A stretch of 64,000 nucleotides of DNA from positions 26,660,001-26,724,000 of the forward strand of contig NC_043007.1 in assembly GCF_006345805.1 (NCBI RefSeq). The letters run 5' to 3'. Numbering within the stretch: position 1 is the first letter of the stretch; every line of letters begins with the position of its first letter. Shown one piece after another: positions 40,978 through 54,119 of this stretch. The notes beneath the pieces were generated by a model. The model saw only the letters and a list, made by a program, of their open reading frames with translations, had not been told where the DNA came from and did not search any database. Both the position numbers and the translations under genes were made by a program. The DNA is from Octopus sinensis (taxonomy: Eukaryota).

Positions 40978-43900
40978 TCACACGGTTCCTTGCACGCACA
41001 ACACTCGTGCAACATACTTCCATCTCTTTTGGAACGTACACTCTGACAGACACCTCTTCTCCAGCCACAGTTTCCTTTTCAAATGAAAAGAAAAAAAGGA
41101 TCGTAAATTGTCACCAGAGATAAAGTTGCCTGTCTTAATTCCTTTTATCCTAGTATTCCATACAGCCTCTTTTGCTATTGCTACAACCGTGAGAAAACAA
41201 TTCTTACCTTCGTTCGTTAGAACTCCCGGTGGGTCAATTTTTATAATTGACTCAGTCGACAGCCGTACTCTTCCTTCGCCGGACAACAGATGTTCAGCAT
41301 AAGCCCACAGTTATCTGTTATCTCCGGACACTGAACAATAGCGTGAGGGACGGTTTCCCTGTCCCCACCGCATCTTGGACAGGTCGGCGACTGACGTTTA
41401 CCATGTCTTGCGAGCTTATCCCAAACGGGCAAGGCACCTCTGTAGCATTGCCAGGTAAGGACTTTTGGAAGTTGTCCAACGTTCTCAACCCGAATGTACG
41501 ATGAAACAAGCTGTCCAGTTGAATAAATCCGAGACCTAGAGTCGACCCCAGGCCATCGTCGCATTCAGACTCTACCAACCCACTATATAAAATCCGTGTG
41601 GAACCCCCACCGCTGGCGTTGCCCGAGCGCCAGAACAGCAAGAGGGCCTTACGGCACTCTTTATGCCACTCACTCGACCTCGGTCTACGAGAACACCAGG
41701 CTTCCTGTTCGCAAAAACTCTTGAACTCAGGGAACATTTGTCTGGCCAGCGGAGACCACACCCGTTCACTATCCAGGAGAATCCAGAGGTGCCTCAACCT
41801 CAACGCATGTCTGCGCATCATTAACCACGGCATCCCTAAACCTCCATTTAAAGGCTTTTGACAGCAGACAGAGCATTTCACAAGTGGCGACCTGCCCTTC
41901 CACAAAAAGCGAAAGAGCTGTCTCTCCAACCTGATCAACCACGAATCCGGACAGGGCACGACAGTCAGGCGGTAGGTAATGACCGATGCGATAAACACAT
42001 TGGCCACTTCCGCCCTCCCTTTCAGGGATAGCCACCGCCAAGACCAAGTCTTGACTACTGCAGCCACCCTGCTCAATACCTCCGTCCAGTTCTTCTCTAT
42101 CTGGAGGCCTGGTCCAAACCAGACTCCCAGCAACTTAACCGGTCCCTCCGTCCAGCGCCTAACAACACTGTCTGAAGGCATCGACTTGCCAACCCAGGTG
42201 CCGAGCTGCAAGCCGACCGACTTTTCCCGGTTAATCTTTGCTCCTGCTACCTCCTCGTAAGCCTCAATAGTCTTACCTACTTCACGTAGGCGTACCACTG
42301 TGGTTACACTGATAGTGATATCATCCGCGAAAGCCGTAACAAACTCCTCTAGTCCTGGTTCTCTCGGGATGCCACTCAACCTTTGCAGTAATGGCTCGAG
42401 AGCCATCACATACAAAAGTGGTGAAAGCGGACATCCTTGACGAACCGAGCGTCTGATGCAGAACGGCTTCGAAAGGAAACCGTTCACCCGAACTATCGAG
42501 TCAATGTTGTGGTACAAAGCGATAAACCACCTGAGGAAGCCAAGGCCCAGGCCAAACCGCGCAAGTACAGTCGCTAGGTATCGATGGTCAACCCTATCAA
42601 AAGCTTTAGACTGGTCCAAATGCACCAATGCCCCACCTTTGCCAGATTTATTACCAAACCTCTCTATGGTATAGCGAATAAGATGGAGGGTATCCTGAAT
42701 GGTTCTGCCTGGGATGGCACATGTCTGTGCCTCCCCGACTATACCATTCGCGACACGCGCCAACCTTTTTGCTAGAACCTTGGCCAAAATCTTCACTTCT
42801 GCGTTTAACAGAGTGATGGGCCTGAAATTCTCTAGAACGTCCCCCTTGTCCGGGTCCTTTCTGACCAACGTCACTACTCCCCGGCGCACAGATCTGGGGA
42901 TAAACCCATTCTGTTTCCAGTTCGCGTACACGTCAGTCAGTAGTTGCCCGAACAAGTCTGGCATACATTTATACAGCTCGTACGGAAGACCATCAAGTCC
43001 CGGTGACTTACCCGCTTTACAATCGGCCAAAGCCTCCATCACCTCCTCAAGTGTGATTGGCCCTTTGCAAGACTCCGCATCCGACCCCGAGAGGCACGGC
43101 AGCCCGGTAAGAAAGTCCTCGAGGGCTCTCCCACCACCAGGACCGCCGTCACCCCCGAACAGCTGGGCGAAGTACTCCCGAAAGACCTCACACATTTTCT
43201 CGGGTTCGTTTATCAAGACATCATTTTGATTCGTCAAAGACCGAATAGAGGAACTATTTCCTTGCCGAGCTTCCACCACTCGGGCCCATCCAGCGGCTTT
43301 GATTCCTTCACTTCCCATTGCACGTAACTTAGCTCTGGTAATACTTCCCATGTGGTGGGCTTCAAGATGCTGGTTTAACTCCAGTCTTTTCACCCTCGCT
43401 TGGTCTGTATTACCAGTCCTCCAGGCTTCTTCTAGTTCCTTAACTAGACCATCTCCTATTTTACGTCCCTTCTTAGCTAAACTTATGCTAAACCTAATAG
43501 ACTCATATTTGATGGCTCTTTTTAGGGCGTACCACCATTTGTTATTAATGATGGTACCTGTTAATGCCCTCTGTATTAACATCTTGATCCGCTTTCTGTA
43601 CTCCTCAATCGCCAAAAGGGACGTATTGAGTTTCCAGTAGCCAGATCCCTGTCTATGCAACTTATCTACCGTCAGTTTACAGGTAACCATCTTGTGGTCA
43701 CTGTAGCTGACTAGAAAAAACTGTGGACACTCAACTATGGACTTATCTTTTTCTCTAATTAAAATCCTATCTAGATATGTTCTGGTAGACCCGTCACTAT
43801 TTGACCACGTCCACTGTGGAGTGTTCGGGTGCTCCAACCTATATGGATTTGCTAGCTGAAATTGACTTAGCAGATCCCGAAAGCCTGTGTTACATTTTCT

Positions 43901-44380
43901 GTTCATGTTCGAGTTTGAGCCAACACAATCTGTGTGTGCTGCACATATTGTATTAGAGTCTCCTAACACTACTAGTGAATGCGACGTGGCTAGGAACTTT
44001 CCTAGGCCACGAAAATATTCAGTTTGCGGGCCAATAATGTTTGGTGCATAAATAGCGACCAGCCTGATTGTCTTGCCACAACTGAATGTCAAGTCGAGAA
44101 CGACCAGCCTGCCTTCTGGGTCAGAAAAAACCAACTTTTTCTCGGCTACCCGGTTTCTTTTTAGTAGGACCAACACCCCACCCCCACCTCCCGCCCGACT
44201 CGGAGAAACGTATTTCTCGTAGCCGTTCAGGAGGGGGAGCAGATCTCTTGGCCCCTTCACCCGGGTTTCCGTTGCAACAATTACATCCAAATTTCTCGAC
44301 CTGATGTCATTCAGAAAGCGTCCTTGCTTCCAGCTTGACAACAGGCCATGAACATTTAAACAACCAATGTGAATAGCCAT
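40978..44380 (-). pseudogene. LINE ORF2 (APE endonuclease, reverse transcriptase, C-terminal zinc-binding region) with two frameshifts near the C-terminus
   Basis: EN motifs CLNVHGL, ATETR, YAPN, GDSN, DRIL, SDH. RT motifs KSPGLDGLPYELY, RPITLLN, DQSKAFDRVDH, RQGCPLSPLLY, FADD. The frame continues as TWQCYRGALPV...CPRCGGDRETVPHAIVQC after a shift near 41460, then LWAYAEHLLSGEGRVRLSTES after a shift near 41310. Confidence 0.95.
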
Positions 44381-44403
44381 CACTTACCTGTTTAATTACC
44401 TGT

Positions 44404-45900
44404 TTAATTTTTTTTATCCAGGGTCGGAGGTGGACGGTCTTGGGAAATAGATTTGTCAAAATCCCGTCTCACCACCGACACAGAATTATCAGGTGGAGGG
44501 GGAATCTCCACCTTTTCCTTTTCTCGCGGGATCGGAGCTGGTAATCCATGAAATATCGACTTGTTAAAATCTAATCTCAATGAAGATACAGTCTTTCTGT
44601 ACTTATTTTGTAGAATTCTATAAGTCTTATTTGAGACTTCATATATGTCGTAATTGATAAATTCCTCTGAAAGGTTATCAATTTTTTTTACAGTCTTTAT
44701 GAGTTGAATGTCTGTCATGAGCTCAGTATCTTTAGTGTATACGGCTATTATGCCTTTTTCTTCTTTTTCTCTTCTGGCAGTCTTTTTTGGTCGTTGTTCT
44801 GTAGTAGTCGCCGCTCTCGGCTGGGTTGCTGGTTGTATTTTTCTTTTGTTTGTTGTTTTTTTCTCATCTGTTTCTTCTTTATCTTCTTCCTCTTTGTCTT
44901 TTTTCTCCTCTTCCTCCTCTTCTTCATTTTCCTTGCAGTTCCTTCGAATGTGGCCTAATTGACCACATAAAAAACATCGAGGTTTTCGGCCCTCAACAAA
45001 CACCACGAGGTTCTCCTACCCTACCTCAATTGTCTCAGGAATTGTTTGAATTATTTTAGGGTCCGCTTGAATGAGAAGATTAATTGTTTTACCATCCCAG
45101 CGTGGGTTTTCCGTAGCGGTAGCCTGGAGGAGTGTAATGTTTTCTACCTCTTTGATTAGGACTGCCGCCAACAACCACATAGGTTCGACCTCTGGCGGGA
45201 CCCTTGTAATTTTTATTCGCGACGTCCTCATCCCCATATAATAGGGTATTAACTCCACGTCGTTCGTTTTCAACGTTTCCACTGAGTTCTTGTGTGCTAT
45301 TTCTTTATTGGTGAACCTTACTTCCACCGTTCCGAATTTTTTTCCTCTTCTCAGAAATACTACGTCGCCCAATATTGGCTTTAAGCACTTTTCTATTTTC
45401 TCTTCTGACATTCTTTCAATTTTTCTATTTTGTAGACAATATGTTTTGAAAATTATTGTTTTTTGCTTTTCTTCCTGTAATAACTTTTGCGGAGGTTCAA
45501 TTTTCACACTGTTGTCATTTATTTCCATCATTTTGCTGTATTTCATAATTTCGCTTTTATTCGTCGACAGTATCTGGGTTCCACCCCCAGCAGCCAACGC
45601 AAAACTTTTTTTTCCATTTTTTGGTTCTATCTGGATGCTAGGCACATCAATTATTCTCTTCGACACAATGCCTTTGTTCTCTGGCAAAGTCAGAAACTCT
45701 TCTGGTGAAAGTTCTGACGAGCTCTCAGACACATCTCCAAAAATATCAAATATATTATCATCTCTGCTATTCCTTCTTGTAGCGGGGGAAACCCCTATTT
45801 CCTTGTCTGTAGTTGGCTCCTCGCCGGACATGTATTTCCTCCTCTCAACAGGAGAAACAAGTATTTCTGCTCCAACGGTAGGCTCCATGCTAGACGACAT
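44404..45900 (-). pseudogene. LINE ORF1 (~500 aa) with CX2CX4HX4C zinc knuckle, broken by one in-frame TAG
   Basis: Track ORFs 45016-45927 and 44404-45006 are in the same frame: ...IEVG*ENLVVFVEGRKPRCFLCGQLGHIRRNC. First ATG (MSSSMEP) is at 45900. Confidence 0.88.
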
Positions 45901-47297
45901 TCTTCCCCCCAAAGGGGGAATGAACAACGCGTGCTACCACAAGCACTAAGTGTTTTCAATTGAAAACTCCAACAGTTAAGTTATTCAACAGTTTAACAAG
46001 AAACAACAGTTGTTAACAATATTAACACCACGAAACAGCAATTCTTACTTCACGAACACATGTGCGGCAGACGAAATACCGCTAAGCATTTCGCCCGGCG
46101 TGCTAACGTTTCTGCCAGCTCGCCGCCTTATCAAACAGTAGGAAAATGTTTCCTTGTCTTTGATGATTGCGTTCCAAACGCAATTTTACTGCTATGTCTA
46201 GCAAAATAAGTAGGTAACTTTGTTATTGCTGCCGCTTCTGTTAAAGGCCCAGGTCAATTCTAATCGAGTGCACCTACGTACTATCAAATGACCTCTCTGT
46301 GCTTTGCTTAGTGCAAAGTGTCCTCTTTGTAAGAGAATACTGTCTGCTTTATGGGAAAATTGGTCGCCGTTTCCAGCATGTCAAGCGACGATGTTGAGTA
46401 TCTGTCATTCATAGTGGTGTTGGTTGTAGTGGTGGTGGTGTTGTTGTTATTGTTATTGTTTTTGGAAACCTTGGTGTTTGAGAGTTTTGTGATTTCTATA
46501 GTTGTTGTTGTTGTTGTGGGTGGTGGTGGTGGAGTTAGTGATGGTCGTCGTCGTCGTTGTCTTCGTAGTGGTGGAGGGGTGGAAGTAGTAGTGGTGGTGG
46601 TGATGGTGGCGGTGATTTGGTGCTGGCGATAACGATTAGACAGTGGTGGTAGTGGTGGTAGTAACGGTGGTGACGTCCGTGGCGAAGTAGGTGGCGGCGG
46701 CGGCGGTGGTGGTGGTATTGTAGTAATTGGTTGTTTTAGTGTTGGTGATAATGAATTAGTGATTTAGTAGGTGGTGTTAGTGGTGGTGGTGGGGATTATT
46801 GAGGACGTTGGTGGAAGGGGTGAGGTTAGTGGAGGGATGGTGTTGTAGTTTGGCGATAGTAGAAACGGTATAGGTATTAGTAGTGGTTATGGTAGTAGTT
46901 CGAGTTGATGGCGATGGTGGTGATGGTGGTGATGTCATTGTTTATAGAAGTAGAAAGGCGGTGGTGGTGGTGTTGGTGTGGTGGTGGGAAAAATTTTTTT
47001 TTTTTTTTTCATGCAATTATATAAAGGAACGAGGGATGAATGTGATGGTGGCGATGATGATGATGATGATGATGATTATGATGGGAGCGGTGTTGGCAGG
47101 CGTAACGATGGCGGGACTGGGTGTAATGGAAGTGTTCAAGTGTTTGTAGTGGTAGTAGTGGTGGTGCCCTTCCTGTGTTTTCTTTCCGTGTTCATTGTTC
47201 TCATGCTTCAGATGTAGTAGAGAAACCCAGCCGCTACCCGAGGAATGCAGGTTCGATTCATGTGGCTGTCTGTTGTCAGCTTTTTTTCCCCCGTCTT

Positions 47298-47599
47298 GGA
47301 TGGGATGGAAGCACTCCGTCGGTTACGACGACGAGGGTTCCGGTTGATCCGAATCAACGGAACAGCCTGCCCGTGAAATTAACGTGTAAGTGGCTGAGCA
47401 CTCCACAGACACGTGTACCCTTAACGTAGTTCTCGGGGATATTCAGCGTGACACAGAGAGTGACAAGGCCGACCCTTTGAAATACAGGTACAACAGAAAC
47501 AGGAAGTAAGAGTGAGAGAAAGTTGTGGTGAAAGAGTACAGCAGGGATCACCACCATCCCCTGCCGGAGCCTCGAGGAGCTTTAGGTGTTTTCGCTCAT
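47298..47599 (-). mobile_element. SINE-A, 5'-truncated
   Basis: Family match lacking the tRNA head; TSD CCCCGTCTT (47289-47297, 47600-47608). Confidence 0.88.
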
Positions 47600-47805
47600 C
47601 CCCCGTCTTATAAGGCTAATGATAAGCAAATGTTTTTGAGTTCTCACGGTTATACTGCGTTCGAAATATTACCTTCTTATCTGTACAATACGATACACAT
47701 TCGAGACTTCTAAAAGCAAAATAAAAGATTGTATACAAATATACATATACTGTTGTAGCACACACATCATATATATATCTATATATCTATATATCTATCT
47801 ATCTT

Positions 47806-47850
<45 letters not shown>

Positions 47851-48150
47851 GGAGGTGCAATTGCCCAGTGGTTAGGGCAGCAGACTCGCAGTCATAGGAT
47901 CGCGGTTTCGATTCCCAGACCGGGCGTTCTGAGTGTTTATTGAGCGAAGACACCTAAAACTCCACGAGGCTCCGGCAGGGGGTGGTGGCGATCCCTGCTG
48001 TACTCTTTCGCCACAACTTTCTCTCACTCTTTCTTCTGTTGGCCTACTCGCTTAGCCAGCGGGGTGGCGTCATTTGAAGGCTAAAACAATGCGAAGCGCA
48101 TTGTGACCAGCGATGTGTAGCAACATCTGATAGCCTGGTCGGTCACATGA
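47851..48150 (+). mobile_element. SINE with SINE-A head and a different 3' module
   Basis: Matches SINE-A up to CTTTCTCTCACTCT, then switches to GGCCTACTCGCTTAGCCAGCGGGG...GGTCGGTCAC. That tail also occurs alone at 30950-31065. Confidence 0.8.
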
Positions 48151-48841
48151 TGATGATGATGATATATATATATGCATATATTCATACATATACGTATAGC
48201 CTCAGGCCAACCAAAACCTTATGAGTAGAAATGGTAGACAGAAACTGAAAGAAACCCGTCGTATATATATATATACATACACGCACACACACACATATAT
48301 ATATATAAAATTTATATATATGTGTCTGTTTGTCCCCATCTCCATCGATTGACAACCTATGAGTTTATCATGATTTTATCCAATATATTCCCCTTCTCAG
48401 TTTCACACTTACTGCAGTGGTCCTACAGTTTTTTTCTAAGCTTGTAAAAAAACTTAGAAGGTTGGGCCTTCAACGAAGCTTTACGTGATACCTTTAAAAC
48501 CAGAAACTTTTCAGCAATACGTTTGTATATTATAGACAAGCCAGGAGCTGCAGTGCTAGTCCAGGAAAAGACTTCTTCAGAGACGTATATTGTTACGTAG
48601 ATAATATACTTCAGATCTAGGCGAAATGAAATCGTCCCGGAAGCGAAAAGTAGAGTGACGTCAGATATGAATGAAGTTGCATCATTTCCTACACCAAATC
48701 GTCCCAGTCTGTCTTAAGTATATAGAAACTGCAAATAAACAATAAACAATTTCACAGGCCTGCGAATATGCCGCCTGGCGGAGAAAGTTGGAATTATGCA
48801 ATAGAAACAACTCCAGATTAAAATATTTATCTGCATGAGAA

Positions 48842-49295
48842 CCAGGTCCACCAATGTTTTCCATTGCTTGTGGTCCCATGCCAGCCCCTCCGAGGTGACA
48901 TCGAACTTCTGGAGATCTTCCCAGAGACATCATCATGCTTTGAGCTGACCAGGTCCAGCAATGTTTTCTATTGCTTGTGGTCCCATGCCAGCCCCTCCGA
49001 GGTGACGTCGAACTTCTGGAGATCTTCCCAGAGACATCATCATGCTTTGAACCGACCGGATCCACCAATGTTTTCCATTGCTTGTCGTCCCTCCGAGGTG
49101 ACATTGAACTTCTAGAGATCTTCCCCAATCACATCAACTCTCTGGAGATCTTCCCAGAGACATCATCATGCGTTGAACCGACCGGGTCCACCAATGTTTT
49201 CCATTGCTTGTGGTCCCTCCGAGGTGACATTGAACTTCTAGAGATCTTCCCCAATCACATCAACTCTCTGGAGATCTTCTCCAATCACGTCGAGT
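48842..49295. repeat. Four-unit tandem repeat (107, 107, 126 bp, partial)
   Basis: Units start at 48842, 48949, 49056 and 49182 with CC(A/G)GGTCCACCAATGTTTTCCATTGCTTGT-like sequence. Confidence 0.88.
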
Positions 49296-49884
49296 CTTCG
49301 AGTCATCTGGTTCAAGGCCTGCCAAGAGATGTCTTCCAGCTCGGAGCTGCTGCATCGAATGCGTATATATATTACATATACACTAATAAAATAAACTAAT
49401 GGCACTCAGATTTAGATTTAGCATTCTTCGTCTCCCTGTTTATTTCCTCCATAGCTACGTCTCCGTCTTTTACGTGTTTATAAAACAGAACTGAATATTT
49501 TACTAAATAAATGCGCCATTTTGAATATACTTCCCTCTCTTCCACATTAAACTGCTAAACTGATATTTACATCCAGATGCATTTTCAACAGCGACTTGAG
49601 AATATACCACAGTGTGTGCGAGCGTGAGTGTATGTGTAGGTGTGTATGTGTACGCTCATACACGTTGTTGTTGCGTCGTACATAGCTTTTATGCTGATGC
49701 CTATTGTACAACAGCCATATTTAATTCAATGTATTCGCTTATAAGGATTGTTTATTTTTCGTTTGTTTTCGTCTTAAATTATCTGTTCAACTTGAAATCA
49801 TAATAATTGAAATAATCCACTCGAACTGTACAAAAAAGTCAACGACCGATGCCTCAATTTATGGTTTTGCTGCTGTTACAGGAC

Positions 49885-49891
49885 GTCGTCG

Positions 49892-49956
<65 letters not shown>

Positions 49957-50183
49957 CGTGGTGGTGGTGGTGGTGGTGGTGGTGGTGGTGGTGGTGGCGG
50001 TGGTGGTGGTGGTGGTAGTGGTGGTGGTGGACGTAACGTTGATAGTGATGTAAAGGTGATGTTTTCGTAGTTGATTGCGATGGTGGTAGAGGTGATGCTG
50101 CTACAGGTAATAGTGGTGGTGGTGGTGGTGGCAGTGGTGGTTGCAGTGGTAGTTACAGTGGTGGTAGTGGTGGTGGTAGCAGT

Positions 50184-50239
<56 letters not shown>

Positions 50240-50950
50240 CGGCCGAGGTGATGGTTGTGGTGGAAGTGACCGTAAAGGTGTTATTGGTTGAGAAAGCAGA
50301 GTTGACGGTGATAGAGTGTGACTGCGATAATACGATGATGGCGATCACGATGATTGTAGGGTTGTCGGCGTTGATTGGATAATGGAGGGGACGATGGTAG
50401 TGAGGATGCAGATGGTGGTTGGTATCGATGGTAGTGATGGAGGTTCTTTGATGGTGACAATGGTGGTAGCGGTGTGGTGGTAGTAGTGGTGCTAGAGGTG
50501 TTGGTAGTGGTAGAAGTGGTGGTGGTGATTCGATAATAGTACTGATGTTAGTATTGATGATAGTGATGATGGAGATTCTCAGGTGGTCATCGTGATAATT
50601 GTTGCATATGCGATAGCGGTGGGGATAGAGAGAGAGTTATTCGTACTGGTGGTGGTGGTGGTGGTGGTTATGATGATGATAATGATAGTAATGGTGGTGT
50701 TGATTGTTGTGGTGGCAGTGGTTTTGGTAAGGCGGGGTTGGGCCGGCAGCGGCGGCGGCGGCGATGGTGGTGGTGGTGGTGGTGGTGGTGGTGGTGATAG
50801 TGGTGATAGTGGTGGTTATGATGATGATAATGATAGTAATGGTGGTGTTGATTGTTGTGATGGCAGTGGTTTTGGTAAGGCGGGGTTGGGCCGGCAGCGG
50901 CGGCGGCAGTGGTGGTGGTTGTGGTGGTGGTGGTGGTGGTGGAGGGTTGA
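49885..50950. repeat. (GTT)n/(GGT)n low-complexity tract (similar tracts at 4430-5240, 38940-39400, 46400-47100)
   Basis: Direct inspection. Confidence 0.93.
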
Positions 50951-51484
50951 TGGCGCTGAAGCTATCGTTGGAGCCATCACGATGGAAGTATAAGAGTAGA
51001 GCTGTGTTTTCTTTTCACCAATCAATCTACTCGTCTTTGTTTATTTGCACGGCATGTCAACTTAGCAGAACTGTTGATTTTTCAGATTATCTCCCCTTCA
51101 TATGCGGTGGCAGTTTTCAATTACTGTTGGGTAATTGTCACATTCACCTCTAGAAACGGAGATATTTCCAAGGACTCTAAAGTATTTGATATACCTGTAT
51201 TTCTCAAGGTATCCTACTTTCCAGCGAGTTCTTGCTCTTAGAACATTCTTGTATGTATATATGTATGAATGTATACATACATACAAACATACATATATTT
51301 ATATTATGTATATTAATCTATCAATTTATCTATTTATATATATACACATACACGTATAGATATATACATATATATATATATATGTAGGTATGTATATATA
51401 CATATGTATGTATATGTATATATATGTATATGTATATATATATGTATATATATATATATATGTATATATATATTTATATTTATA

Positions 51485-51523
<39 letters not shown>

Positions 51524-52368
51524 ATATGAATATGTATATATATGTGTGTGTATATGTATATATGTATATCTGTCTGTGTGTATATATATATATGTGTGTG
51601 TGTGTATGTATATTCTTTTATTTGTTTCAGTTATTTGACTGCGGCCATGCTGGAGCATCACTTTAGTCGAGCAAATTGACCTCAGGATTTATTCTTTCTA
51701 AACCTAGTACTCAATCCATCGGTCTCTTTTGCCCAACCGCTGACTTACGGGGACATTACGGGGACAGCATCGGTTGTCAAGCGATGCTGGAGTGACAAAC
51801 ACAGACACACAAACATATACATATACATATATATGCATGTATATATACATATATATGTAGGTATGTACATATATGTATGTATATATGCATATATTTATAT
51901 ATTATTTATATTATTGTACATATATATGTATGTGTGTGTGTTTGTGTGTCTGTGTTTATCCCCCTAACATCGCTTGACAACCAATGCTGGTGTGTTTACG
52001 TCCCTCTAAAGAGACCGATAGAATAAGTACTAGGCTTACAAAGAATAAGTCCTGGGGGTCGATTTGCTCGACTAAAAGCGGTGCTCTAGCGTGGCCACTG
52101 TCACATGACTGAAACAAGTAAAAGAGTAAAAGAGGATATGTATATATGTATATTTACAAATGTAGATACACGCGCACGCACATACACTCGCACACATGCA
52201 CATGTATTTAAATACGTACATACATACATACACACAGAAACATATCAGAATCGGAATGGATTTGGTACTTGGTGTTACTTTCAATGCTCGTGATGACTAT
52301 ATTGGGAAATACAGAAAGGTATTTAGATGCTGTAAGACTTCCAAACGGCTAGAAACACAGGGACATAC

Positions 52369-52609
52369 ATATTTCTTTACTACCCACTAGGGGCTATACA
52401 CAGAGAGGACAAACAACGACGGACAAACGGATTAGGTCGATTATATCGACACCAGTGCGTAACTCGTACTTAATTTATCGACCCCGAACGGATGAAAGGC
52501 AAAGTCGACCTCGGTGGAATTTGAACTCAGAACGTAGCAGCAGACGAAATACTGCTAAGTATTTCGCCCGGCGTGCTAACGTTTCTGCCAGTTCGCCGCC
52601 TTGTTGCAT
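52369..52609 (-). mobile_element. SINE-B, full length
   Basis: Family match; TSD AGGGACATAC (52359-52368, 52610-52619). Confidence 0.9.
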
Positions 52610-52765
52610 AGGGACATACCATACACTTGCGTACCCATTTCCCCCACCCTCTCTATCACTAACGATATATCAGAGCTTGTGTGCTCGCGTATACGGGAGC
52701 ACATGTATGCACGTTCGCGTTCGTGCCAATTTGGATGCGTATTTTGTGACTTCATATATGTATAT

Positions 52766-52813
<48 letters not shown>

Positions 52814-52863
52814 ATACACACACACACACACACACACACACCACACACACACATATATATATA

Positions 52864-52909
<46 letters not shown>

Positions 52910-53490
52910 TCACGTGTTTGTTCATGTGTGTGATTATGTACGTATGGATATGAGATATGAAAATGTGATTAGCTGTCTCTTGTGGGTTCGTTTGAAGCAT
53001 TGTCTACAAAGCGGGTATAAGGGGTGGATGTCAGCAATGATGTGTTGGTGTTCCGGGTAGCCATAGCAACAGATGTGGCAGCAGCTGTAGTAGGCTGTAG
53101 CAACGGTTGTAGTTTCAGGAATATCTCTGCTAGGTGCATCTATGCATGTAATCGATAATTTGGTGACATTTCGTTTGAAGAATATTGACATCAACAACGG
53201 TAGTAGCAGCAGCAGCAACAACAACAATGATGACGACGATGACAACAACAACAACAACAATAAACAGCAATAACGCTAACAACAACAAAAACATAAACGA
53301 CAGTTCCGAAAGTATTAATGCATCAGGAAACGGCTATATCAGAACAAGCTCAATAATTACATCGAAAACATGAAAAGTGAAAGTGAAAGTAAAAACAATT
53401 ACGATAATAACAATAACAACAATAACAACAACAACAACAACAACAATAGGCGGGCAAGGGAGCTGCTACGCTCTCTCTCTATCTCTCTCT

Positions 53491-53762
53491 CTTTACTCAT
53501 TTCTCTTTTACTTGTTTCAGTTATTTGACTGTGGCCATGCTGGAGCACCCCCCTCCTTTAATCAAGCAAATCGACTCCCAGGACTTATTCTTTGTAAGCC
53601 TTAGTACTTATTCTATCGGTCTTTTTTTTTGCCGAACCGCTAAGTTACGGGAACGTAAACACACCATCATCGGTTGTCAAGCGATGTTGGGGGGGACAAA
53701 CACAGGCACACACACACATACACACACACACACGCACACACACACACACACATATATATATA

Positions 53763-53825
<63 letters not shown>

Positions 53826-53988
53826 GACGGGCTTCTTTCAGTTTCCGTCTACCAAATCCAATCACAAGGCTTTGGTCGGCCCGAGGCTATAGTAGAAGAC
53901 AGTCGCCCAAGATGTCACGCAGTGGGACTGAACCCGAAACCATGTGGTTTGTAAGCAAGCACCTTACCACACAGCCACTCCTACGCCT
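53491..53988 (-). mobile_element. SINE-C, full length
   Basis: Family match, with an expanded internal (CA)(TA)(GA) tract. Confidence 0.9.
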
Positions 53989-54119
53989 ATTTGAAGGTAC
54001 TTACCACGTGCATTGATCTGCTAGAAATAGCAGTCCAAGCTCTCTCTCTCTCTCACTCTCTCGCTTTCTCGTTATAGTCTCATATAGTTTGGTACATTAC
54101 TGAATAGCGAATCCAATTT

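Larger units (their letters stand above)
40730..46064 (-). mobile_element. Full-length (5335 bp) non-LTR retrotransposon, L1/Tx1-type, two ORFs, mildly inactivated
   Basis: ORF1 has a CCHC knuckle; ORF2 has APE endonuclease, RT and a C-terminal CxxC/H/C motif. The 3' UTR ends GGGCAATAAAGAAATT. Flanked by a perfect 16-bp direct repeat CGGCAGACGAAATACC (40714-40729, 46065-46080). Confidence 0.95.
40547..46129 (-). mobile_element. SINE-B copy hosting the LINE (head 46065-46129, remainder 40547-40729)
   Basis: The two halves join into the consensus seen at 26411 and 52369. The whole unit is flanked by a 26-bp TSD with one mismatch, ATCAAACAGTA(T/G)GAAAATGTTTCCTT (40521-40546, 46130-46155). Confidence 0.93.

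Noticed and set aside
41572-43640. Antisense or overlapping ORFs within LINE ORF2
   Set aside because: Expected shadow ORFs of a long GC-richer coding frame; no motifs.
45013-45018. Programmed stop-codon readthrough in ORF1
   Set aside because: The same copy has two ORF2 frameshifts, so ordinary decay is the simpler explanation.
48443-48600. Host exon (KLVKNLEGWAFNEALRD...)
   Set aside because: A plausible acceptor is present, but there is no good donor, no recognisable domain and no partner exons.
51610-52135. Double-primed SINE-C (two tails facing outward)
   Set aside because: The two halves differ at many positions, so independent insertions into one microsatellite are more likely.
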